This document shows positions 1 to 10,142 of a stretch of DNA of 64,000 nucleotides, piece after piece. The stretch spans positions 1 through 64,000 of the IMG/VR virus record IMGVR_UViG_3300007712_000002. The stretch is one strand, 5' to 3'. The notes under the pieces were generated by a model. The model did no database searches. It had not been told where the DNA came from and saw only the letters and a list, made by a program, of their open reading frames with translations. This DNA comes from a virus. Position 1 is the first letter of the stretch, and every line of letters begins with the position of its first letter. A program made the translations under genes and the position numbers.

Positions 1-720
1 AAGGCATTCGACCCAGCTGATTATGTAGATTTAACAAGCAATCAAACAATTGGCGGCAACAAGACATTCGCTGACAACATCAATCTCACTAGAAGCACAG
101 GAACAGCACCACACTTTATCCAGATCGGTGAAGGTAGAACAGGCGACGGCAATGCATTTATCGATCTTGTTGGAGGAACTACCTACACAGATTATGGATT
201 TAGAATTCTAAGAGCCAGCGAAGGCAATACAAGCCTGTTTCATAGAGGAACAGACTCACTAATAATGAGAACCATTGATGCTGCTGATATACAGTTTCAA
301 ACAGATGGCGCTAATAATAGATTGGTTGTCAAATCTGATGGTTTGATTGGTATTGGAACTGGTGCACCCGCTGTTAGTCTTGATATCAGCGCAACTGATG
401 CCATCCGGTTGCCTGTAGGAACAGATGCACAAAGACCAACTGGTGCTGATGGATATATCCGTTATAACTCAACAAATAATGAGTTTGAAGGATATTCAAA
501 TAGTTCTTGGGCCGCACTTGGCGGCGGAGGCGGCGCCGGTCTTTTCAAAGGCGAGAATGGTGAAGTTGGATCAGCACCAGGAGATATCTTCCGTGTCAAT
601 GAGCAAGTCCTCAATACAGATGTAACCATAGATGCCAACGAGAATGCCAGCGCAGCAGGACCACTTGAAATTGCTACTGGAACTACCATTACTGTAAATG
701 GAAATTTATCCATTGTTTAA
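1..720 (+). CDS. Tail fibre / fibre-like virion protein, C-terminal part (starts before window)
   Basis: Frame 1 is open from base 1 (KAFDPADYVDLTSNQTIGGNKTF...). G/T/N-rich beta repeats, GIGTGAP and RYNSTNNEFEGY motifs typical of phage fibres. Confidence 0.75.
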   Translation, partial: KAFDPADYVDLTSNQTIGGNKTFADNINLTRSTGTAPHFIQIGEGRTGDGNAFIDLVGGTTYTDYGFRILRASEGNTSLFHRGTDSLIMRTIDAADIQFQTDGANNRLVVKSDGLIGIGTGAPAVSLDISATDAIRLPVGTDAQRPTGADGYIRYNSTNNEFEGYSNSSWAALGGGGGAGLFKGENGEVGSAPGDIFRVNEQVLNTDVTIDANENASAAGPLEIATGTTITVNGNLSIV

Positions 721-729
721 GGAGGACAT

Positions 730-1296
730 ATGAGCACATTACAAATTGGATCACTTCAAGATCTGGACGGAAACAATATGAATGAGAGAGTGCTACTTGA
801 CAGCTTCTTCCGGGGAAGTGAAGGGGAATTGAATACTGATTATCTTGGATTTGACATCCAACCATATGATGGTGACTATGATTATCTTGAGATGGAAATT
901 TTTGCCATCAGTGGAGGATTCGGGACCGATATAGAATTCCGTGTAGCAACAAACACTGGTAGCACCCCTACATGGATTACCACAAATGATTACTCTTATA
1001 TTTCATATGGTGTAAATAACACAGGCGCTTTTTTTGGGACTAATTCAACTGGGGGAGACAGTATTAAAAACAGCATATCTAGCAACACCTCAGGTGATGA
1101 AACCTTGAGAACGCTCATCTTCGATCCATATGCAGCGGCACCAACTCACTTTGAGTTTAGTGGCGCCTTGTATTCAAATAGGTTCCGAGCCACTGGCGCC
1201 TACAATCCCTCAACCAAGATCACATTCGTATCTTTACATGAGCCCGGCGGTGATTTAACCTCGATAGGCATGTCTCTTTATGGAAGGAACTATTAA
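730..1296 (+). CDS. Tail-fibre-associated virion protein
   Basis: 188 aa, strong RBS GGAGGA; beta-rich; ends LYG like its neighbours. Confidence 0.55.
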   Translation: MSTLQIGSLQDLDGNNMNERVLLDSFFRGSEGELNTDYLGFDIQPYDGDYDYLEMEIFAISGGFGTDIEFRVATNTGSTPTWITTNDYSYISYGVNNTGAFFGTNSTGGDSIKNSISSNTSGDETLRTLIFDPYAAAPTHFEFSGALYSNRFRATGAYNPSTKITFVSLHEPGGDLTSIGMSLYGRNY

Positions 1297-1985
1297 TGAC
1301 AACTACCATTGACGATCTTCTTGACGGCAACGGCGAAAGCATATACCGGGACTGGTCCTATGTGGATAGTATTGACTTTGGGTCCCTTCCTGGTAGCACT
1401 GTTGGTGATCCCAGAATGCCTGGGTGGGATGGTATTGATGTAATCGAACGGACATTTGGATTCACTCCAAATGAAGAAGACTTAAATCTATTCGAATTCA
1501 GAATACTTTGTCTTAACCTACACACAACGGTTGATGCGAGGAGATTCCAACTGGTTCCACTGTCAAGAGGAACTAATGGTCACCGACTTGCCCCTATACT
1601 TAATGATGGAAATAAGAGCTGGAGTTATATCGAACTCCAAGCTGATGGAACCCCTGATGTTGATACCCCTGGAGGAAGTGGACAGAACGATGCCATGCTA
1701 CACCCGGCTGATATTCGAGATGAGGATACAGCAGGTGGATGGAGTGGTGAAATTTATGTGGCCCTAGGAAAATTTTTCGCATTCTCATCAATGGGAGTTC
1801 AACTTAATGGGAGTGATAATGTATTTGTCATGCCAAGTGGTGGAGGTAGTCATGTAGCCCTTGCAAATCCCGCTGTGGGATTTGCATTTATGACAGAGAA
1901 CGACGAGACTATTACAGGTAGAGCTGTGCTATATGTGAGACAAAAACCAACAAACAACATGGGAAGAGTAGGACAAAGCCTATGA
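1296..1985 (+). CDS. Tail-fibre-associated virion protein
   Basis: 229 aa, coupled to previous gene; N-term DLLDGNG resembles DLDGN of the previous gene. Confidence 0.5.
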   Translation: MTTTIDDLLDGNGESIYRDWSYVDSIDFGSLPGSTVGDPRMPGWDGIDVIERTFGFTPNEEDLNLFEFRILCLNLHTTVDARRFQLVPLSRGTNGHRLAPILNDGNKSWSYIELQADGTPDVDTPGGSGQNDAMLHPADIRDEDTAGGWSGEIYVALGKFFAFSSMGVQLNGSDNVFVMPSGGGSHVALANPAVGFAFMTENDETITGRAVLYVRQKPTNNMGRVGQSL

Positions 1986-2566
1986 GTGGAACACTAAGAA
2001 CTAATGAATTACGATACCGCGGAAAGGGAATCTATCGTCCGGCTGAGATACGACTAGATGCACAAAACTTTTCTGCGACCAGTGTGATCTTTAATCTAGA
2101 TGGATCATATCCGGTTTATGTTGTCCGTTTCGTGAATACTGTATTTGCATCAAATGATGGTGTTTTTGAAATGGAAACATCAACAGATAACGGAGTCTCA
2201 TGGGACAGCACGAGTGGTGATTACTCAACTATTGCCCAAAGCAGAGATGGCGCTGGAAACAGTTTATATACTGAGGTTGATAATCGTTTAATCTTCAATG
2301 CTTCAGGTGAAGGAATTGGTAATGATGGTGCAAGGGATGGTCTCAGACTAGAGATGTTGATTTTTAATGCCAATGAGGCTGGAGCCTATACGGGATTTGT
2401 GGGTGCTGGAAGTTATCACTCAACAGTTGCTAACGGTGATCGACCAGTGCTTTGTCAGTTTGGCGGAATGCGCTTTACTACTAGTGATATAACAAATCTA
2501 AGATTCCAGATGCCAGCTAGTGTTATGACTGGACGAGGATTTTTATACGGAATTAAAGAGTATTGA
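1982..2566 (+). CDS. Tail-fibre-associated virion protein
   Basis: 194 aa; TSTDNGVSWDS...DY and C-terminal G-x-x-x-LYG, similar to 730..1296. Confidence 0.55.
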   Translation: MSGTLRTNELRYRGKGIYRPAEIRLDAQNFSATSVIFNLDGSYPVYVVRFVNTVFASNDGVFEMETSTDNGVSWDSTSGDYSTIAQSRDGAGNSLYTEVDNRLIFNASGEGIGNDGARDGLRLEMLIFNANEAGAYTGFVGAGSYHSTVANGDRPVLCQFGGMRFTTSDITNLRFQMPASVMTGRGFLYGIKEY

Positions 2567-2640
2567 TCCACGACGAGAAAAAACAGATAATTAAGATAGT
2601 AAGACAGGATAGAATCCAGAAAAGGCAAGAGTAAGTAAAT

Positions 2641-3720
2641 ATGGCACAAGTTTCAAACAGCACCTTTAGAACATTAACAGATACATTGTTCGCAACGAAC
2701 GCAACAGGCGGAATTACCGCTGAGGATTTACGCACACATTTTGATAATATATCAGACAGTGTTCCATTCAAAATTACAGGCAAAACTGCCGCGCCCACTG
2801 TTAACGATGATGTTGACGGTAGTGGTGGTAATGGTAAATTTGCTGTTGGTGATTTTTGGATTGATGAAACAAATGATGCAATATATGTCTGTTTGGACAA
2901 CACAAATGTTACCGCTGTTTGGGAGCAAATAAATGATGGTAATGTTGATTTAAGTGGTAATGATACCGGAGATTTAGCAGAAGGTAGTAATCTTTATTTT
3001 ACAGACGAAAGAGTAGACGACCGTGTTGCTGCAATGTTAGCTGGTGGAACAAATATTGGATTAAGTTACGATGATGGTTCTAACCTACTAACAATCAATG
3101 GACCATCAACCACCGCACAAATATCTGAGGGTAGCAATCTATATTACACAGATGAACGAGTAGACGATCGAGTAAATGATCTTCTTGTTGCTGGATCAAA
3201 TATCACACTTACATATGATGATGGTGCTGGAACAATTACTATTGATTCCTCGGGTGGAGGTGGATCTTTTGCTGTAGAAGATGATGGTGTGAGCATCGTA
3301 GGAACAGCATCAACATTGAACTTCACAGGTTCTAGTGTTACGGTTACAGATGCTGGATCTGGACAAGCGAATATTGCTATAGAAAGTGGTGGTGGAGGAG
3401 GAGGAGGTTTTCCAACTGTTCTAGATGTAACCGCTGATTTCCTTTTCAATCTTGCAGGAATTGACGCAGGCACATACATACGACTTAATAACTCAGGTGG
3501 ATTGCCTTTTGATGTAGAAATTCCATCAAACACATTTTCAGTTGGAGATGAATTTTATATCGAACAATCAGGATCGGGTGCATTAAATTTTACTTCTCTA
3601 GCAGAAGCTGTTACTATTTTAAGTCTTGGAGGCTTAACTCAATCAGCAGGTCAATATGGCGTTGTAACGATTAAGTTTATTGACAATAACGTTGTTAATA
3701 TCAAAGGCGATCTAGCATAA
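2641..3720 (+). CDS. Fibre-like virion structural protein with internal 49-aa repeat
   Basis: Two copies of EGSNLY[FY]TDERVDDRV...YDDG; Gly runs; ends IKGDLA. Confidence 0.65.
   Translation: MAQVSNSTFRTLTDTLFATNATGGITAEDLRTHFDNISDSVPFKITGKTAAPTVNDDVDGSGGNGKFAVGDFWIDETNDAIYVCLDNTNVTAVWEQINDGNVDLSGNDTGDLAEGSNLYFTDERVDDRVAAMLAGGTNIGLSYDDGSNLLTINGPSTTAQISEGSNLYYTDERVDDRVNDLLVAGSNITLTYDDGAGTITIDSSGGGGSFAVEDDGVSIVGTASTLNFTGSSVTVTDAGSGQANIAIESGGGGGGGFPTVLDVTADFLFNLAGIDAGTYIRLNNSGGLPFDVEIPSNTFSVGDEFYIEQSGSGALNFTSLAEAVTILSLGGLTQSAGQYGVVTIKFIDNNVVNIKGDLA
2980..3243 (+). repeat. Two tandem coding repeats, 147-nt period
   Basis: EGSNLYFTDERVDDRV starts at 2980, EGSNLYYTDERVDDRV at 3127. Confidence 0.85.
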
Positions 3721-3725
3721 ATGTA

Positions 3726-4169
3726 TTATCTGATGTCCTGGGCAGTGACAAGCTGATCGACCACAGTTTTGATCTTACTTATTATACGAGGATTTTGAAG
3801 AACTATTTTAGCGCCTGGGTGTAACGGAACTGGATAACGGTCGTAGTTAACCCAGGCGTAGCCTTCGCTTTCGCCATTTATGTTGGGTGTAAATTCTTGA
3901 GGAACAGTGGCGAGGAATGTGTCATACTCAAATGATTCGTCATTACTCACCATTTTATGTATTGGAATAAATTTAGTAATGTCAGGCAAAAATCCAAGCT
4001 CTTCTTCCAATTCACGCTCAATTGTTTGCACAGGAAGTTCTTGGCCTTCTTGTGTGCCTCCCCAAAATCCCCAATAATTTTTGTTTTTGCGGTCTGGTTT
4101 TCGTAGCTGAAGCAAAATCCTTTTTGTATTCTCGCTTAGTAGAATACATCCGCTTGCTCTGATTGTCAT
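3726..4169 (-). CDS. NUDIX hydrolase
   Basis: Nudix box WGGTQEGQELPVQTIERELEEELG; start set at ATG 4169 (MTIRASG), 5 nt after TATAAATA. Confidence 0.85.
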   Translation of the reverse strand: MTIRASGCILLSENTKRILLQLRKPDRKNKNYWGFWGGTQEGQELPVQTIERELEEELGFLPDITKFIPIHKMVSNDESFEYDTFLATVPQEFTPNINGESEGYAWVNYDRYPVPLHPGAKIVLQNPRIISKIKTVVDQLVTAQDIR

Positions 4170-4177
4170 GTGTCTAT

Positions 4178-5530
4178 TTATATGTAAAGACGCCACCAAC
4201 CTTCTCGGTAAGTGCCTTCATAACTGTTCTGCCAAAACTCACCAGTCCACTCAAATTGATCTCCGGTAGCAGTATTAGTTACATATTCTGTGCCACCATT
4301 AGGACTTGAGTCAAAACTGACGACCCATGAACCACCATTAAATTCAATAATATCGTTTTTGCCCGCTGTAATGGTCCCCCAAATTCCACCACTTGGAACT
4401 TCGTCAAGCACAAGATATCTCTGTCCAAGAACTGCACTGGGCAAGTTGCCATCACCCGGGCCTGTATTTTGTGGATTGATAATAGCGTCAACCGTTCCTT
4501 GTGTGTTGTTAGGAAGAGTGTCTGCATCAATATTTACTATTAATCTTTGGTTATTGTTTGGATCAAAATCAATCGTTCCTATTACATCGCTACTGGGATC
4601 TGTTACGTCGTCACCCTGACGTAAACGAATCTGACTTATGCCAGGACGCAATTCACCATAATTGCTGAACACATCCTTCTCCCAATTTAGAACTGTGCCT
4701 AAACCACCTTGATCATCACCATTGCGTTGTAACAACAAGGCGCTGCCATCTTCAAAACGAATCCAATAATCTTCCAGTGTTGTGACCACAAAGCTGCTAT
4801 TATCTCCTGTGATTGCGTCCACAGTCCAAGTTTCAAAGTCTTCCAAGTCTAGGGTATGAATTTGTGTAAGGATAGTATGGATGATATTCATACGCTGAAC
4901 ACGGACAGGAGGATTGATAAAGATAGGCATCTCAAATGTTAGCGTTGCGACATCAATAACAGTATCGGCTCCGCTTGGAAGACTACGACTTGACCAAGTC
5001 GTATTTGTCATTTCACAATATGCAAGACTGGTCCAATCCAGTGTGTTTTGATTTGTGTGTAGGTTGATTCCAGGATTGAACAAGACAAGAATTTGTTCAA
5101 GAAGCTGAAGCTTTTGATCAGTATTGCTGGTCCAAATGTCAACGTTCATGGTAAGCAAATATGGCACAGGTTGGTAACGCGTCACATTATAGCTCTGGCC
5201 TGGGTTTTCTAGATAGGTATGGCTATCCTCATCAAACTCTTTTTCTATTACTTGTAGAGTTTCTTCAAATTGAGGATAACGACGGAGATCTGGTTTCATT
5301 TCAAGATTGTTAACATAGCAACTAATGAAAGGAACAGTGTTTAAACTGTTCTCGCTATTTTCTTTGAGAATATGACCGACTTGTCTACTCATGTCACCAT
5401 AACGCGCAGGCACAGTTTCGTAAACAGGATTTCCTTGTGCATCAAAACCTTTTTGAACTGTGAAATTTCCGAAAATTCGCACAAATTGCAAGAGGTATTT
5501 TCTTATTTGTTCATCGTAAAAATATTGCAT
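4178..5530 (-). CDS. gp15: Tail completion / sheath stabiliser (T4 gp15-like)
   Basis: MQYFYDEQIRKYLLQF, VP.RYG, PVPY...IW...QKLQLLEQILVLFNP motifs; next to neck genes. Confidence 0.75.
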   Translation of the reverse strand: MQYFYDEQIRKYLLQFVRIFGNFTVQKGFDAQGNPVYETVPARYGDMSRQVGHILKENSENSLNTVPFISCYVNNLEMKPDLRRYPQFEETLQVIEKEFDEDSHTYLENPGQSYNVTRYQPVPYLLTMNVDIWTSNTDQKLQLLEQILVLFNPGINLHTNQNTLDWTSLAYCEMTNTTWSSRSLPSGADTVIDVATLTFEMPIFINPPVRVQRMNIIHTILTQIHTLDLEDFETWTVDAITGDNSSFVVTTLEDYWIRFEDGSALLLQRNGDDQGGLGTVLNWEKDVFSNYGELRPGISQIRLRQGDDVTDPSSDVIGTIDFDPNNNQRLIVNIDADTLPNNTQGTVDAIINPQNTGPGDGNLPSAVLGQRYLVLDEVPSGGIWGTITAGKNDIIEFNGGSWVVSFDSSPNGGTEYVTNTATGDQFEWTGEFWQNSYEGTYREGWWRLYI

Positions 5531-6636
5531 TATGGATCATTTCCAAAATCTTTGTTATTGAAACTAACATCAAAACTTTCATCCAGATCAACATCCGCGT
5601 TGCCATCATAATCTGCTCGTGGACGAATCGCATCTTCAATGCTCTGGCGTGAATTATATTCTCGCCCTGTGGCTACATCTGTATCGATATTATTTACAAA
5701 GGTTGAAGCATTGAACGTTCTATCGCTCCAAGTGCGGTCGTCGATGTTATCGTATAGTCTCACCCAACGTGTATCCCTGTAAACAAAGAGACGGTTTGGA
5801 CGAAAATCTGTGCGTATGTAGAAGTCACCTTGATTTGGTGTGCTTGGAAAATTATCGCCTGATGCTATAGTCTCGCCAGGATCCCAATTATATCCTTGTT
5901 CATTGACATAGTTGTAGAGATGATCTACAAGCTGAGTAGCGCCGCCAATAGGATCATTCCCCGCAGCACTTTCAACCACAGCGTCAGTGATATCCATTTC
6001 TTTGGCAAATGTGCTGAATACATTCTTCATACTGTCGGCATCATCTGCATTTCCTAGGATATCGTCAAACTCTTGGCTGTCAGTAATTGGTTCAAGCTTG
6101 GCACGCCAAATGTGTGGCCACCAAGTAGCACTAAAACCTTCACCACCTCTGTTACCATCACTAACAGTATAGAATTTAGGAATGGGCGGCGTGTCTGCAT
6201 CAAGAGCATATTGTTCGATAAGATGCGGCAACTCAATAACGTCGCCACTCATGAGTTTACGTCCCAAAACTTCAACCATTTCATTAAGGTGGAATGTCAT
6301 GTATAGTGTGTCGTTTGTAAGGAATAGGCCAAATTGTGTGAGGTCAAAGTCGTTATCGCTTACATTATAAATGCCGCGCAATTCGTATAGATCTTTGTCA
6401 TACTTGCGGTCACGATTTTCAAGTAACAGCAAGTCTTGTATAGTTGTTTCGTTTATAACATTATTGTTTTGATAATCAGGTCGACTAGGATCATCTGATA
6501 GTTGTCCATCTTCAGGACCAACATACTTGTGAATAATTGCCCCCGTCCCGCCAACATGAAACTGCTCGCGGATAGTGCGGTCAAAGAACTTGTAGTCGTT
6601 GGTCTTATTTGGACTCCACATAGAGAGGCGAGGCAT
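5530..6636 (-). CDS. gp14: Neck protein (T4 gp14-like)
   Basis: LLLENRDRKYD, DLTQFGLFL, GDVIELP; start MPRLSMW at 6636 has RBS AAAGGA. Confidence 0.7.
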   Translation of the reverse strand: MPRLSMWSPNKTNDYKFFDRTIREQFHVGGTGAIIHKYVGPEDGQLSDDPSRPDYQNNNVINETTIQDLLLLENRDRKYDKDLYELRGIYNVSDNDFDLTQFGLFLTNDTLYMTFHLNEMVEVLGRKLMSGDVIELPHLIEQYALDADTPPIPKFYTVSDGNRGGEGFSATWWPHIWRAKLEPITDSQEFDDILGNADDADSMKNVFSTFAKEMDITDAVVESAAGNDPIGGATQLVDHLYNYVNEQGYNWDPGETIASGDNFPSTPNQGDFYIRTDFRPNRLFVYRDTRWVRLYDNIDDRTWSDRTFNASTFVNNIDTDVATGREYNSRQSIEDAIRPRADYDGNADVDLDESFDVSFNNKDFGNDP

Positions 6637-6652
6637 AGCGATTCCTTTCGGG

Positions 6653-6677
6653 TATTTATCCAGTATCGCAATAAATA
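6653..6677. promoter_or_regulatory. Divergent pair of T4-like late promoters
   Basis: GATAAATA on - (6653-6660) and AATAAATA on + (6670-6677) between divergent neck genes. Confidence 0.7.
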
Positions 6678-6697
6678 CCTGACAGCAGGAGCACTTT

Positions 6698-7438
6698 ATG
6701 ACAGATCGCGCAAAAATCACAAAAGAGATTGAGTTGAGACTTGGTGGCCAGATGGTTGACGTTGAACTCGACCCTGAGCACTATGAACTATCAATCGACA
6801 AAGCCTTAGAAAAATATAGACAACGAAGTGAGAACGCTGTCGAAGAAAACTTTCACTTTTTTGAGATTACCGAAGATGTCAACACATACACATTTCCAGA
6901 CAATATCATTGACGTAAAAGATCTTTACGGAAGAGTAAGCGGAACAACATCAACCGGTGTTGAGTTTGAACCATTTGAAGCAAACTACTGGAACACCTTC
7001 CTGCGCGGCTATGGAAGCGGACAGAGCGGAACACTTGCTATGTATGACTTCCTAGCTCAATATCACGAAACCCTTGGTCGTTTGTTCGGTGCTGAATACA
7101 CATATACGTGGAACCGCACCAAGCACCAGTTGATATTGCACCGTCGACCACGATATCCGCGTCCTATATACGCACATGTCTATCAATATCGTGAAGAAGA
7201 CGACTTGTTTGTAGATCACTATGCGCTTCCATGGATCAAAGAGTATTCATTGGCTATGAGCAAGTTCATGCTGGGCGAAGCTCGTGGCAAGTTTGCAACT
7301 GTTGCTGGTCCACAGGGAGGCACTACGCTAAATGGCGATCAACTCAAAGCTGATGCAGCAGAAACCATGGCTCAGCTAGAAGAAGATATCAAGCTCTACA
7401 AAGAAGGTAGTGCTGGGCTTGGAATCATTATAGGATAA
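6698..7438 (+). CDS. gp13: Neck protein (T4 gp13-like)
   Basis: LRLGGQMVDVELD, WIKEY.LA...LGEARGKF...PQGG.TLNG. Confidence 0.75.
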   Translation: MTDRAKITKEIELRLGGQMVDVELDPEHYELSIDKALEKYRQRSENAVEENFHFFEITEDVNTYTFPDNIIDVKDLYGRVSGTTSTGVEFEPFEANYWNTFLRGYGSGQSGTLAMYDFLAQYHETLGRLFGAEYTYTWNRTKHQLILHRRPRYPRPIYAHVYQYREEDDLFVDHYALPWIKEYSLAMSKFMLGEARGKFATVAGPQGGTTLNGDQLKADAAETMAQLEEDIKLYKEGSAGLGIIIG

Positions 7439-7442
7439 GATT

Positions 7443-7676
7443 ATGGATATTAACAGAATAAAAGCTCTTGCGGGTGTTAAGGAAGCTAAAAAGACTCAAG
7501 GTTCACGATTGGATATTGTGGACTTGGATGGAATGACTGTGGGTGATCTGATCAACCATTTACAAACATATTATGATCCAACAGACCGAATCTCAGTTGA
7601 AGAAGAGTATGCTTACAGAGCGATTGGTGGCAGCCAAGAACCGCAAGACGTGATTAAAATTTATCCAGGCAGTTAA
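7443..7676 (+). CDS. Small protein with tag 1 leader (putative internal head protein)
   Basis: N-term MDINRIKALAGVKE. Confidence 0.65.
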   Translation: MDINRIKALAGVKEAKKTQGSRLDIVDLDGMTVGDLINHLQTYYDPTDRISVEEEYAYRAIGGSQEPQDVIKIYPGS

Positions 7677-7687
7677 GTAGATTCACA

Positions 7688-8416
7688 ATGCGTATTCAGG
7701 ATATTGTAGAATACAAGACCAAAGCTGGTGACGATATTAAATTTGAGTTACACCAGGATTCTGAATCAGATCGAAATTTTAATAGTGAATGGATTGTGCA
7801 CAAGCTGGTCCCCCGAGTCAATGGCAAGGAGGCTGGCTACCTTAAAATATCATACATTCCCAAAGAACGATTTGATGCCAGATATCCATCAATGGTTAAT
7901 TATATTCTAAAACAATACATACCACGAGAACTAGTTGGAACACATTGGCGTAATATGCCTGACGAAGTCAAAAAAACACTAGTGACATACACAATTTTGG
8001 GTCGATATGTTCCGAGAACACAAGGGTGGGATCTTGCTTGGTCAGATCAAAGCAAGATCAAAGACATGGATAGTGAAACCTTGGATCATTATTTGGAAAT
8101 GGTTGATGATCCAAAACTGAATAAGAATAATGCTCAAGAATTCCAAAAATTTAAGAAATTTCATGTAGACAAGCCTCTTGTTGATTATATTAGAGTCAAT
8201 GAGGACTTCCAAAGACAGCGAATCGCCCTGGCTATGTATCAAGAAGCAGCCAAATGGCTTGACAAGCAAGGCCTTCTTCTCCATGCTAGTGGACTCCAAC
8301 AGCCCGCAGCAAAAGCAGCATGGGAAAAAATGAAATCCTTGGGATGGACTGCTCCTGCTCCATCAGATCCTAGCCGAACAGTGATAAACCCAAAAAAACT
8401 ACCTAAAGATAACTGA
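7688..8416 (+). CDS. GNAT-like acetyltransferase with tag 2 leader
   Basis: VDYIRVNEDFQRQRIALAMY acetyl-CoA motif A, QQPAAKAAWEK; N-term MRIQDIVE. Confidence 0.65.
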   Translation: MRIQDIVEYKTKAGDDIKFELHQDSESDRNFNSEWIVHKLVPRVNGKEAGYLKISYIPKERFDARYPSMVNYILKQYIPRELVGTHWRNMPDEVKKTLVTYTILGRYVPRTQGWDLAWSDQSKIKDMDSETLDHYLEMVDDPKLNKNNAQEFQKFKKFHVDKPLVDYIRVNEDFQRQRIALAMYQEAAKWLDKQGLLLHASGLQQPAAKAAWEKMKSLGWTAPAPSDPSRTVINPKKLPKDN

Positions 8417-8421
8417 TAACC

Positions 8422-8610
8422 ATGACTTATAATCGATATTTTGAACTTGATCTTGAAGATCTTGAAATCATTGAGTCTGCACTTCGGCAGCAGCTATCAG
8501 CTACAGACAGCCCAGATCGCAAGCGTCTGCTTAACGACATGCTAGGCAAGCTACACCAGCAAAAAACGTGGTATCGTCCCAAAGGCAAAGAACCTTATAT
8601 TTCTGGTTGA
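8422..8610 (+). CDS. Hypothetical protein
   Basis: 62 aa ORF in gene flow. Confidence 0.6.
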   Translation: MTYNRYFELDLEDLEIIESALRQQLSATDSPDRKRLLNDMLGKLHQQKTWYRPKGKEPYISG

Positions 8611-8656
8611 CAAACCAAGGCACATTGCTTATATTGGTAGGGTAAGCAAAGGAGAT
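8605..8656 (+). promoter_or_regulatory. Early sigma70-type promoter/RBS cassette, copy 1
   Basis: TTGACA(8607)-17 bp-TATATT(8630), then GTAAGCAAAGGAGAT; near-identical copies at 9731 and 29261. Confidence 0.85.
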
Positions 8657-8659
8657 ATT

Positions 8660-8971
8660 ATGTCCAATCAAGTTGCCCAAACCATTCTCGACCAGATGGG
8701 TGGACGTCAGTTTTTACTGATGGTAGGTGGCAAGAACATGGTTGCTCTCAGCGGTGATGGTGGACTTGCCCTACAGTTTGGCACCGGCGCCCGAAACCGC
8801 GCTAACCGCCTGCGTGTTGAATATGACCACAGCAGCGACACCTATAACGTTGAGTTTGGTCGTATCCGCAAGCTAGAGTGGAAAACGATCTCGCGTCATG
8901 AAGGTGTTTACGCTGACATGCTGCAAGAGCTGTTCACCGCCGAAACCGGCTTTCACACCACCCTGCGCTAA
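8660..8971 (+). CDS. Hypothetical early protein
   Basis: 103 aa directly after early promoter and RBS. Confidence 0.75.
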   Translation: MSNQVAQTILDQMGGRQFLLMVGGKNMVALSGDGGLALQFGTGARNRANRLRVEYDHSSDTYNVEFGRIRKLEWKTISRHEGVYADMLQELFTAETGFHTTLR

Positions 8972-8977
8972 GAGGAC

Positions 8978-9421
8978 GTGATGCAAGACGATCTTTTTGA
9001 AGGCCAGATGACCGACCCCACTGACATCCAGCGTTTTGTCTATGCGGGCCGCGCCCTGTTCACTGTTGTCAGCAAACGCACCGGCGCCCGCTTTACCTAC
9101 CAAATCAGCCGCAAGCGTGACAAGGATGCAACCATCCGCTTTGTCAGCGCGCTCCGTGGTCCCAACAACGAGACTGATTACGGATACATCGGCTATATCG
9201 ATACTCGTCGTTCTGGACAAGTGCTTTTTGGGCGCAAAGGCAAGCCTGATGCAGCAAGCTTCAAAGCCCTCAACTGGACACTCAAGCAAGTCTGTGCTGG
9301 CAAGATGCCCCAAGAGCTTGAGTTTTACCACAGCGGCACTTGTGGCGCGTGTGGACGGACACTCACTGTCCCTGAAAGTATTCAATCTGGTCTCGGACCT
9401 GTTTGCGCTGGGAGGCAGTAG
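8978..9421 (+). CDS. Zn-finger early protein (DUF6011-like)
   Basis: C-terminal CGACGRTLTVPESIQSGLGPVC. Confidence 0.65.
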   Translation: MMQDDLFEGQMTDPTDIQRFVYAGRALFTVVSKRTGARFTYQISRKRDKDATIRFVSALRGPNNETDYGYIGYIDTRRSGQVLFGRKGKPDAASFKALNWTLKQVCAGKMPQELEFYHSGTCGACGRTLTVPESIQSGLGPVCAGRQ

Positions 9422-9694
9422 ATGCTGACTGAAAAACAAGAAAACCTTTACGACGAATATATGACTCAGGTTGCTGTGCTTCAGAAACAGGCGATTAAAG
9501 CGATTGAAGAGGCTCTGATATGGCACTATCCATATCTTAGTCGGGATGAAATACGTAATGGTGTCATGAAACGTAGTCAGATAGTTGAGGATGTTGTCAA
9601 CACCACAGATCTTGTGGAATTGTCTAACCTCATTGAGGATCAACAAGATTATGTAAATGAAAGCATGATGAAAAAACTTTCAGAAAATCTTTAA
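9422..9694 (+). CDS. Hypothetical protein
   Basis: 90 aa, RBS GGAGG. Confidence 0.6.
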   Translation: MLTEKQENLYDEYMTQVAVLQKQAIKAIEEALIWHYPYLSRDEIRNGVMKRSQIVEDVVNTTDLVELSNLIEDQQDYVNESMMKKLSENL

Positions 9695-9730
9695 GTTATT
9701 GAAGACCAAGAAAAATTAGTTTCACTTTCT

Positions 9731-9782
9731 GGTAGACAAACCAAGGCTTTTTGCTTATATTATATGAGTAAGCAAAGGAGAT
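9731..9782 (+). promoter_or_regulatory. Early promoter/RBS cassette, copy 2
   Basis: TAGACA(9733)-17 bp-TATATT(9756), GTAAGCAAAGGAGAT. Confidence 0.85.
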
Positions 9783-9787
9783 ACACG

Positions 9788-10132
9788 ATGGAAATGACGC
9801 TCGACAACGCAGTAGACGCCCTGGTTGAAGCCATCAAGGCGGACTACCTGACCTACACCCTGCGTGGCAAAGACGAATTGACTGAGATCAATGAACAGAT
9901 GGTCGCAGAGTTCAACGCCGGCTTTGAAGTCCTCCCTGGTCGGAAGTATATCAAGATTGTTTCCAACCGCAGCGTTTGGGGCTTTATTGTTGCCACTGAC
10001 ACGGACAAGAAGTTCCCCAAGGGCACCATCCTTATGGCTGCTGGCTACAACGCTCCGGCCCGCAACCACAGCCGTGGCAACGTCCTTGATGGTGGCTACA
10101 CCATCCAGTGGACTGGCCCGCTTTACATGTAA
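9788..10132 (+). CDS. Hypothetical early phage protein
   Basis: Start MEMTLD at 9788 after RBS; KYIKIV...FIV...KG.I.MAAGYNAPA...RGNV. Confidence 0.7.
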   Translation: MEMTLDNAVDALVEAIKADYLTYTLRGKDELTEINEQMVAEFNAGFEVLPGRKYIKIVSNRSVWGFIVATDTDKKFPKGTILMAAGYNAPARNHSRGNVLDGGYTIQWTGPLYM

Positions 10133-10142
10133 GGATTGGAAA

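Noticed and set aside
6637-6720. Extended N-termini in the ORF track (6720-, 4199-, 37734-, 32449, 28955)
   Set aside because: These extensions run through promoter elements; downstream starts fit RBS or promoter geometry better.
8873-9646. 257-aa minus-strand ORF (also 30054..30713, 13081..13665, 53240..53830)
   Set aside because: Antisense shadows of well-supported + strand genes, with no RBS or motifs.
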